A stretch of DNA of 24,112 nucleotides from a virus, in IMG/VR virus record IMGVR_UViG_3300025602_000313. One strand, written 5' to 3'. A program made the translations under genes and the position numbers. This document shows positions 12,001 through 24,000 of this stretch, piece by piece (position 1 is the first letter of the stretch; every line of letters begins with the position of its first letter). Under the pieces are notes generated by a model. The model saw only the letters and a program-made list of their open reading frames with translations, was not told the DNA's origin and searched no databases.

Positions 12001-15000
12001 TATTTTGGGAAGTGCATTAAAATGTATTAACGATACCTGGAGATTGGTTCCGATCAGACTTTCTTCTGTTAAAAATGCAATGTGTAATACTATTCCTGAA
12101 GTAGTTCTTCTAGTGCAAAAAGCCGACATAGGTAATCCAACTGATACAATGGAGATTCATACAGTAACCATGAACACATCTTGGTGGAACCTGTCGAATC
12201 TAACTGTGCTTGATCAATATAATGAGTACTACACTCCTGGATCTGTTGACTTTGAACCAATAGATTGCTTTGCAGAACCAACTCGATGCGGTGCGTTTAG
12301 TTTGGTCGGAGAGGGTAGATCTATGCCTTTTGAAGATTGTCCTGAGCCTGGGGACTACGATCTTGATGGACTTGAAGGCTGTGATGACCCTGACTGTAGT
12401 TACCTTCCTAGCTGCTCTGATAATTATAATGCATCTGAGGATAATGATGCGTCAAGGGTTTCTATGGGGACGACTGAAGAATTTGATGTGGGTGCATCCA
12501 TTGTGTGGTCAACTAATGAACCAACTAACAGCAGTTTGTTATTCTTTCATAATGACTCAACTTGTACAGAACATAATGAAACCTTAACAGAACCTCTTCC
12601 ACAAGATTTCCAAATTCTTAATCCATTCAAACCATGGCACAGCGTAATGGTGGATGATTATAATTTAGGTTACTCATTATCTACATCAACCACATACTAC
12701 TACAAACTACAAGACATAGATCGTGCAGACAACGTTGCTCAAAGTAAATGTCTTAACTTCACAACAACCAGTGCTCCGGGTATTATTTCTATTTTGTTTA
12801 ATTTCACACCTACTGCAAGTAACAATGTATCGGTGAGAATTAATGATCAAAACATAACCTTTGGTCAAGTACAGGAATACAATCTAACGAGAGATGTAAA
12901 CTTAACGTTTTATGGTCCGAAGAACTCTTCGGTTTTAGATAATGGTTGGGAAATTACTTGTGTTGATGCAGATCTTGTTAGGGCCGCGGACTTAGACTTA
13001 AGGGACGCTATGTTAATTAACTTCTCGGGAGATAATAACTTCCTTGGTATGGACATTGGACTTTGGAATGAAATAACTCAGAAGCTCGGTTGTGAATTTA
13101 TAAAGGTGCGAATACCTGAAGAGGGCAATGATCTATTAAAATGTGCTGATAACGGTACTAATTGTGAGACTGTTGATGATTTTAGTGCGGAGCTAATTAA
13201 TTATGGTGGTTCTGGAGACACAGCATACAGTTTATGGAGAGTTAATGTGAATTTAGGTTTCTCTACATATAGATCTAACCAAAGCACTGGTGACGTTAAC
13301 TTTACAATTAATGCAACTTTATTTAACGAATCTGTAGATGAAGGTCAAGACATTGAAGTTCAATTGAATATCACCAATACTGATAGTAGAAACTTAAGCA
13401 TAATTAATGTTAATGGTTCTTTCCTTGCAGGATACTTGGACTTTACATACTCTAGCGACGGTATGCCTTCAGATTATGGTCAAGACGGACCAACTGAATG
13501 GGGGTACTGGGATAATGTAACTGATAGTGTCCCATTAGAGCCTGGACAATCATACATAATTAATTGGACCTTTAATACTTCCAGTGGGCAAAACGACATA
13601 CCTATTGGTGCTTTAGTGGATGTAATTGCTGATGATGGAAATACTAGCAATGTTTCAACAACTGTTTACGTTAATGTGAGCAGTACTTATTGTGGTGGTG
13701 CGTACTCTGGTTCAGGTGATTGGACTATTTTAAACGCAACTACTTGTTCTAATGAAAATATTACTGTTACCGGGGGCCTGACAATTTCATCTCAAGGAGA
13801 TGTGCCTACTACTAATTTTAGTACTAATAGCTTATCATCTTACGATGCAAGATCAAATTCTTCGACAATTAGTTTGTCCGACATAGATTTAGTTGCAGAT
13901 GATACTTCATATACTGATGACTGGGATGATACAACCATCTCCGAATTTTACACTCGAATTAATGGATCTGAGCACATAATACAAATGTATGTTGATAATA
14001 ATAATTTAAGCTATGCTTACTTTATTGATGTTGATAGCAGTTCTAATTCAGGGGTGGGTTTAGATAAATCTGAAACTCGCGGCTATGACTTATTTATTGG
14101 TTACTTCCCTGATTTTAATTTAACTCATGTGGCTGTATTTAATAGATCCATTTCGCCACCTAATCCTGAATGGCCGTCAGGATGGTTTCAGAACGCAACT
14201 AATGGTATGACTGTGACTGCCGATTATGATTCTGGTCTGACTGAGAATTACACAGTTAATTTCATAAACGATACTAGTAATTACAAATATGAAGTAATGA
14301 TTAACATGACTGGAGCATGGACTGATAAACCGGTTGCTCTGTTCTATGGGGGACCTGGTGATTATCCTGAATACTTTACCACATTCAAAAACTCTGAGTT
14401 ACTTGATCCGATGATTGGTGCGTTAACTCTAAACAACGTGACTCTCGAACTTTCTGGTAATCTGGACGCTAACGCGAATACTAACTTAACTATTCAGGAT
14501 TCAACCATAGAATTCCAAATGACTGACAATGAGAGTGCAAATCTTTCTGCTTTTGATTTGAACTGGTTAATAATTAATCATTCAACAATAAGTTCCAACG
14601 GATCGTATTATTACACTCTGGAATTTGAGGAAATAGTAAATCAGAAAATATTAAACAGCAACATGTCATCGATGTGTGTTTCATCTGATGGTCCGCAGAC
14701 TTGTCAACTAGCATCGAGCAGCAATACTGTAATATATAATAACACTTTTGATGATTGTGGCGTCGGTTCGTTATACCTGGGTGGCGGATCATCAAATGTA
14801 AACATAAGTTATAACAATTTTTTATCAACTTGTAGTCTTTATCTAACCTCATCAGGAGCCGATTTTACACTTGAAGATTCTTACTTCGTTGGCAACACAT
14901 TCAATAATGGTGCAACTGCGCGGGGTTGTATCAATTGTATTATTAGGGATAACAACATTACTTCTAATGGTTTTTCTCTTTCATCAACAGGTAGCGAATC

Positions 15001-18000
15001 TGGTGAACCTTCCGTTAATTGTACGCTGGAGAACAACATAATAAGTGGGTCACTGAGTGATTATAATTCAACTGGATCTAATACGTTAATATACAACAAT
15101 GAATATGGACAAATTGTTTGGTCAAATAAATCAAATCTTTCAATAGGGTACATAGACGGAATCCTAGGCTTAATACCTGGCACTACAATCTTTTTAGAAA
15201 ACAACTTGTTAGGTATACAGGATAGGTCTCAATTTACTCAGATAAACACAACTGCGCAATTATCTTTCTATGGATTAACCTGGGAAGGGACTGCAGAAGT
15301 GTGTGAATCTGGTGCATCTTGCTTTACTTGTAATTCTGGAAACAATTGTACTTACAATTCCGGAACTGGTGTACTAACAGTAAACGTAACTCACTTCAGT
15401 AATTATTCTACTAACGGAACTGAGCCAACATACAACATGACTGGATGGGTTTTAGCACCAAATGGTTCTGGAAGATCTGGTGTTTCGGCAAGAATAATAC
15501 ACTCCGTTACATCCGATGCCGATAACACAACAACCAATGGTTCTGGTTTCTTTGAATTCCAAAACATTAGTTCAGGATTATATGAAGTGCGCATAAACAA
15601 AGCTTTACCGGGACTTGAAAACTTAACTACGCTTGTGCCTGGCGATATAGGTGGTCAAGACTATTTTGTGAATCTAACTGCCGGCAACCAAGAAGTAAAC
15701 GCAACGGTGTATGACATTTTTGTTGCAATGCAAACAAACTCTTCAACATATAATGAAGATTCAAATGCTACTGTGAATGTTTCAGTAACTAATTTAGGAG
15801 ATGTGAATTTAACCAATTGGATTGTTAGCGTATATGCTGAAGGAACTGAAGATGTTGATGATGATGAAACCACCGTTAATATCTCAGCAGGAGAAACTTA
15901 TAATCATACTTTTACTTTATTCATGAACGGTACTGCAATTGGAGAAGATACTACTCTTGATTTCTACGCGGGCACATTCAAGCAAGATGAATTCTACAAC
16001 ACATCCACTGAGACTTTAACTGGGGAGAATTATATAGAAGATTATGTTGAGGTCAACATAACTCAAGCAATACCAACCGCATCAGGAAACTTGAGTTCCT
16101 TCTTTGATGATTTTGCAAGCGGAATAAACACAAGCTTCTTTGGACAAAGTGAATCAAACATAACTATCGGTGAGGTGTCTGGACAAATATATATGAATGG
16201 TTCAGTACAGGATACTGGTGTTGATGAAATTGGAATTTTTTACACACATCAAAACATGACTGGTGAATCATTCAATGTAAGTGTTATCATAAATTTGACC
16301 AATACAACTAGCACAGCAGAAGGCGATTATTTAATTGACTCAGGTATTTTTTTGTATAATGAAGCGGATTTCTCATCTAGCATGGGTTGTGTGGCCGCGT
16401 ACGCTGCATTCAGTCCAGGAAATGCGATGTTAGGGTTGCAAAATGGAAGCATAGAGGGAATGCCTTATACTACGTCTATCCCAGATTCGCAAGGGTTATT
16501 GACTCTAACGTACAACGCAAGCAGTGGAATTTTTAACTGTTCCTTAGACGGAATATCTCTTGCTGAAACTTCAGACTACTTTGCCGATACAAACTACTCT
16601 CTTGCACTCTACAGTAGACTTGGTTCGGTCGGAGCAGTTGATCCGAACGCATCATTAAACGTAACATTTGATGATCTAAACTACACTATTACGCCTTCGG
16701 AAGATCCAGGTGCTTCAAGTTGCGGAAACGTATCTTCTAATATAACTTTAACCGAGAATTTATTTTCAAATGCGACTTGCTTAACTGTGGCTGCAGATGA
16801 TATTACAATAGATTGTGCTGGATATACAATCAATTACTCTAGAGATATGATGCAACTTGGTAAGGGAGTTGACATTAGCAATTATAACAACATTACTGTA
16901 AAGAATTGCATATTTGAAACTGCTTTTGATGATATGGATGTGAATTATGCTATATATTTAAGCAACTCCACCGATAGTGAAATAATCAACAACACCGTAA
17001 CAGGTGCACTTCCCGAAACGAGTTATTATTTCATATTCTTAACTGCGGGATCAAATGATAATTTAATAGCAAATAATAGTGTGTCTGGTTCACTAATGGC
17101 AGGAAATGGTATATATGTACAACAAAGCTCTGAGAATAACACGATACAAAATAATGTTGTGACTCTTTCTGATTCAAGGGGAATAAGCATTTTGAATTCA
17201 AACTACAACAACATACTTTACAACAATCTATCAACAGATCCTGACACGATGGATTACGATGCTATATATTTGTACAATTCAAATGAATCTACAATTTCAT
17301 TCAACAATTTATATGCTGATGCTAATGCAATGTTTTTAGAAGGTTCGGCTTTACGTTTGAGTGACAGTCATAACAATGTTATTGGTGAAAACAACTTATC
17401 TGCATCTGATGATGAGGCCTATTCTTTATATCTTACACAGGGATCATCCGGCAATTTATTTTCAAATAATTTCGTAAGTTCTACGGATCGAATAATCTAT
17501 GACTTGGCTGATGCTAGTAATACTCTCCTTTACAACAACTCATTTGGTCAAATAAACTGGACCTCAACAAACCTAACAACAAACATAACATTACAACTAC
17601 ACAATACAATATTCCTAGAAGATAATAACTTAGGATTGGTAGATGACTCACAAGCCTTATACTTGAATGGCTCCGCAGTTATTTCATTACACGGTTTAGG
17701 ATATGACTCACAACCTTGGTTACTGAAGAACGGCGTAAGATGCGATAATACTAGCTCATGTAATATTTCTGATTGGGCTGGCAACACATTAATTGCAAAC
17801 GTCTCTAGTTTTAGTAATTATACAACAACAGAAGATCCAAGCGCTTCGGGTTGCGGAAACATATCTTCTGATATGACTTTAACTGAGAATCTATTTTCGA
17901 ATGCAACTTGTTTAACCGTTGCAGCGGATGATATCACAATAGATTGTGCAGGATATATCATCAATTACTCTAGAGATGATATGCAACTTGGTAAGGGGGT

Positions 18001-21000
18001 CGACATTAGCAATTATAACAACATTACTGTGCGGAATTGTATTTTTGAATCTAATGAAATGGATATGGATGTGAATTATGCTGTATATCTGAGCAACTCC
18101 AATGACAGTCAAATAATCAACAACACAGTAATAGGTTCACTCCCTATGATGATGGGTTATTATTTTGTGTTTTTAACTGCTGGATCGAGTGATAATTTGA
18201 TCGCCAACAATAGTGTGTCTGGTTCAGCGATGGAAGGGAAGGGAATATACGTGCAACAGGGATCTGAGAATAATACAATACAAAATAATGTCATAACTCT
18301 TTCTGATTCACAAGGATTAAGTATCTTGAATTCGAATAACAATAACCTATTTTACAACAACATATCAACATCTGCCGGAGCGTCGGCCTATGATGCTATA
18401 TATCTGTACAATTCAAACGAATCTATAATTTCATTCAATAATTTATATGCAGACGGTATGGCAATGATGATGCCAGGTGCTGCTTTATATTTAGTAAATT
18501 CTCATAATAATATTATTGATGAAAACAATTTATCCGCATCTGACGAAGAGGTCTATTCTTTATATTTTACACAGGGATCATCCGGCAATTTATTTTCAAA
18601 TAATTTTGTAAGTTCTACGGATCGAATAATCTATGACTTGGCTGATGCTAGTAATACTCTCTTTTACAACAACTCATTTGGTCAAATAAACTGGACCTCA
18701 ACAAACCTAACAACAAACCTAACATTACAACTACACAATACAATATTCCTAGAAGATAATAACTTAGGATTGGTAGATGACTCACAAGCCTTATACTTGA
18801 ATGGCTCTGCAGTTATTTCATTACACGGTTTAAGCTACCCCACACAACCGCAGCTACTTAAGAACGGAGTACAATGCGATGATTTGGACATTTGTAACAT
18901 ATCTTCTTGGGATGGCTCAACACTAATCGCAAACGTCTCAAGCTTTAGTAATTATACAACAAGCGAAGCACCTGAAGTCTGTGTTAACTTATCAGACGCA
19001 TCTACATATCAGAGTAAAGTCGTAAACACAAGCGATGGTTATTACATCAATGATAGTCTAACTCTTTGTCAGGATACTTATACTACTAACATAACTATGA
19101 TTCGGATTAATAACTCGGGCATAACTATTGATTGCAATGGTGCAACACTACAAGGGGATAGCAGCGGCTCAAGCGACTATGGATTTTATGAATCAAACAT
19201 TGATGATTATGTTCTTAGAAACTGTATCACCCGTAACTTTTCTTATGGATTTATCCTATATGGGGATAACATCGTACTAGACAACATTTCAGCATATGAT
19301 GCTGGTGTTTATGGTCTTCTTTTGGGCGGAGAGAATACAACTTTAACTAACTCTCGATCTCAAGATAGTGGTACCGATGGTTTGCGGATTTCTAGCTCTG
19401 TGGGTGGTGTATTAGTTAACAATACTTTAATTAATAGTTCTCGTTACGATTTTGTGACTAGTGAGTGTCCTACATTGGTATTTGAAAACAATACTGGTTC
19501 TGGTAATCGTCCGATAAATTATACCAACAGCCAAGTTACTTGGAGAGATTTTGAATCCTCTTTGATAATATTGTGTGGCGCAAATGGGTCGGTTTTAGAC
19601 AATGTAACTGTACGAGGTGTTGGAAATAATATGTTATCTCTCAGATATGCTGACAATGTTGTTATAGCTAATTCAACAATCTCGGATTGTTATAATGGTA
19701 TTGTTCCTTATGTAAGTAATAATTTCACAATCATCAACAACACAATTTTTAATAATTCAGACGTGGGAATAGATCTGAACAATAATCACCGCAACTTCAG
19801 CATTTTACAGAACAACATTTCAAATAATGATGAGGGAATATTCATTAATGGTCAGCCAGGGAATTGTTCTATATCTGGAAACACAATATCGAACAACACA
19901 TACGGTGTAAAAATATGGAAAGCCGCTGATTCTGTGTTAGGTTGTCTTATATCTAACAACACAATTTCTGCTTCAACATCTCGGGCATTCGAGATATATA
20001 CTTTAGGACAAAACATTTCAAACTATCAAATAATTGATAACGTAATTTACGCCGCGTCTAATGATGGTATCAATTTTGTTGAAACAAGCAGCTATTACAT
20101 AACAGATAACATTATTTCAGGAAACACAATACATAATGCAGATTCCGCAATCTATCTTGATAGAGATACAATAAACAATGTATTTGATAACAACACAATC
20201 TACAACGCAGCCAACTATGCTGTTTACTTCTATGCTAGTGGAGGGGATCCTATAGGGAACACATTTAACAACTTGACAATATATCAAGATGATAACTTTA
20301 TTTACACGTCTACGGCATTATCTGGAGAAAACAACTTCACAAACTTGAACATCTGTTACAACTCTTCAGGCTTGGGATGTATAACTTGGCCTTCACTAAA
20401 CATTAGCAGCGCAGACCTTGATAATACAAACTTAAAATTAGCTCAAGACTTTGTATCCTTAAACTCATCAGACACTGGCGCAACACAATTCAACAGATCT
20501 GCAAACATAACAATCAACACATCAACTTGTGAAATAGATTACTTTATCGCATCAGGCTTCCCACAAACAAGAGCTGACATAATATCTTCGGAAACAATAT
20601 TTACGCCTTCATATTCAACATGCGCAAATAACATATCAACATTCTCTGTAGATTCATTCTCTGGTTACACGGTACAAGAAGAATCTTGTGTGGATTTAAA
20701 CAACGAATCAACATATTATGGCAGAGTTGTAAATTCATCAGGAGTATTCTATGTCAATGATGATGTAACTCTTTGTCCAGGAACATATAATACAACTGGA
20801 GATCTGATAGACATAAATGCTAGCAGTATAACTTTAGACTGTAATGGTGCAACACTTATGGGGGACGGTGCAGGATCAGACACTGGTGTGGATATATCGG
20901 TTAAATCGAACGTTAATATATTGAACTGTATAATTACTAATTTTTCGAAAGGGCTGGAAATTTATGTTGGGAGCGGTAACATCAGTAATAACACCATACA

Positions 21001-24000
21001 TGAAAATACAGTACTGGACATAGATCTTTCTGTTAACTCAGGCGGAGGCTGCGTTCATAGCATATATAATAATACAGGATCAGGTGGCAGGGATATCTTA
21101 TATGCCAACAGCCAAGTCACTTGGAGTAATCAAGTTGCATCTCAGATAATTCTTTGTAATGCTGACGGGTCTTCTTTAACTAACATGACTGTTAGCGGTT
21201 CTGATACGCTTGATAATAATGAACTATATTCGAAATTTAGTGATAATTTATCGATTGTAAATTCCACCTCGTCTGGAAATTATCGTGGCGCATATCTTCG
21301 TCAAGGAGACGAAATTACTGTGACGGGCAGCAACTTTAGCAATAATGATGGTTATGGGTTATACATTTACCTTTCCAACAACATCACGGTAGATCAAAAT
21401 AATATCTTTAATAATAGCGACGGACTGCATGCCAGATACTCAACAAACCTTACAGTAACTGCGAATACGATAAGCCAGAATACCAATTCAATAAATGCAC
21501 CTATAGATGTAAGTAATAGTCTAATTGCTCATAATTTTTTCTCTGGAGCATCAGGTAATGAAATAGCCACGGATGGGGGATATAATAACCAATTTATTAA
21601 CAATTCCTTTTCCTCTGCTGGGTTAGCATTTTGGTTTACTGATTCCTATAACAACACTTTGGTAGACAACACATTAACTGATGTGTCTTATGGATTTTAC
21701 TTCAGGGGAATAACTAATAACAATACAATTAACAACACAATTATTTCGGGAGTGACCGAGTATGTGGCATTAACTTTCTACCAGTATGCTGGAGAATATC
21801 CTGTTAGAAATATATTTAACAATCTGACTATATATGGTGAAACCGATTTCATGTTAACTAGCGCAGTATTACCTTCGGAGAATAATTTCACAGATCTAAA
21901 GATCTGCTTAAATTCCTTAGAACTAGGATGCATAGAATGGCCATCCCTAAATATTACTTTTGCAGAATTAGATAACAACAACTTAATACTTAATCAAAGT
22001 TTTGTGTCATTAGATTCATCTAACGCCAGCGCGGCACAATTCAGTCAACCTGCTAACATTACAATTAACACATCAACTTGTACGATTGATTACTACAATG
22101 CATCAGGTTTCCCTGAAAACAGAACGGAAGTTCTAGCATCAGGAACACAATTCACACCATCATACACATCATGTGCAAACAATATCTCAACATTCTCTGT
22201 AGATTCATTCTCGGGATATACTGTTTTCTTATCAGATTTACTTGATCCGGAAGTTAATTTAGTTTCTCCAGCAAATGAAACGGCAACAGGAGATTCATTA
22301 CAAACATTTACTTGTAATATCATAGATAACCGAGCTATAGGAAACTTGTCATTATATTTATGGAATCAATCTAATTCATTAATCTACAATCCAACTACAA
22401 CTTTAACCGGAATAAGTAATGAAACGTCCTTCCTATACGATTTACCTACTGAAGGAAATTACACATGGAACTGCTTAGGTTCTGACGCTGCAGGTAATGC
22501 TGTCTGGAGTGAACAAAACAATTACACAATATCTCTAACTAAATCATACATTGACAATTGTACAACTTTAAGTTCGGAAGGTGTATACTATCTGAACGCA
22601 TCAGTTAACTCAACAGGGACCTGTTTCACAATAACATCGAATAACGTTACCATAGATTGTGATGGATATACAATTAATTATTCGACCAGTGGTGCAGGAT
22701 TTGGTATAACATCTGACAATTATGATAATTTAGAAGCGAGAAGTTGTATCATAACTTCAACAGGATTCTCAGCTGATGATAGTATTTACATAGCAAATGC
22801 AAACAACATAACGCTAAGATCCAACACCATTAATGTTACAACAAGCAATGTGGCAACTGCCATATTATTTAGCTCAACAACAAATAGTCTAATAACCGGC
22901 AACAATCTATTTTCATTTGCAGAAGATGTCGTTGAATTAACGGGATCCTCTACTGGGAACACATTATCAAACAACGTAATTATTGCCACCGGACTATACA
23001 ACGATGCGGGAGTATCCATACTTGCTGCAAGTAATACGCTAACAGACAATAATATCACCGTCACTGCAGCCGGATCGACTAACAACCCGAGTGCAATAGA
23101 AGTTCAATCCGGGACGAATACATTTAACGGAAACAGAATAACAACTTACAACGATGACATATATGGTATATACTTTGCTAACGGCGCTGCAGATAATAAC
23201 GATCTGAACAACAACGTTATACTAACGAACGGAAGCAACAGCTTCGGAATATATCTGCCATACTATAATGCGAACAATGATTTCGTAGGTAACAACGTAA
23301 CAACTTCTGGACAATACGCTTACGGTGTTTTCTTAGATGATAATTCTGACAGCAACCAGTTCAACACAACAACAATAATAACATCTGGAGATTATGGCCA
23401 TGGTATTTATGTTAATAACTCGGACAGTAATGAATTCTTCAGCAACACAATAATTATGAACGGAAGATTTAGTGATGGGTTACATGCGAGATTCGGGGCT
23501 GATTCAAACACAATACAGGGTAATAACATTACTACATACAATACTTCTTCGGGATCTAATGGCATTAACTTATATGCTTCAGGACTGGGTACGGGAATAC
23601 AAGGAAATTCTATACTTGACAACGACATAACCACTTATGGGCCTTCTACTGATGGAATATATATAGGACGAACCAAAGGAAACGCTATTGAGAACAACAG
23701 AATAACCACTTTTGGAGTTCATAGTAATGCCATGTATATCGCAATCGCCGATCCGCACAATATATCTTATAACAATTTCACTCCAAATTCGGGAATTGGT
23801 GTGAGGGTGCAAGGTGTAAGTTCGTTATACTATAATCACAGTCTTCCAATTACAAATAATGTGCACGGGTTACCTCTGTTGTACAATACTTCTTTAGAAA
23901 ACCAGATTATATTTGAAAATCAAGATTTATCTAGTACGTATGGGCAAATAACTTGTGCATCATGTACTAATGTATCGTACTCTAATTTAACTCTGGCCGG

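Noticed and set aside
17435-18832. Diversity-generating retroelement template/variable repeat pair
   Set aside because: The four mismatches are three C/T and one A/C rather than adenine-specific, both copies are in-frame coding, and there is no reverse transcriptase in the window.
17540-23400. CRISPR array or non-coding tandem repeat suggested by recurrent aacaac/acaaca strings
   Set aside because: These are Asn/Thr codons of beta-helix rungs. There is no constant repeat with unique spacers.
833-23812. All short ORFs in the supplied six-frame track (60-185 aa)
   Set aside because: Every one overlaps the continuous frame +2 gene, either antisense or off-frame. None shows a recognisable domain, and their compositions are what shadows of Asp/Cys/Asn-rich codons would give.
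6704-23965. CxxC motifs (CFDC, CFAC, CYGC, CINC, CFTC, CASC) as heme-c or thioredoxin sites
   Set aside because: None is followed by His (no CxxCH) and none has a thioredoxin-fold context. Structural disulfides are the simpler reading.
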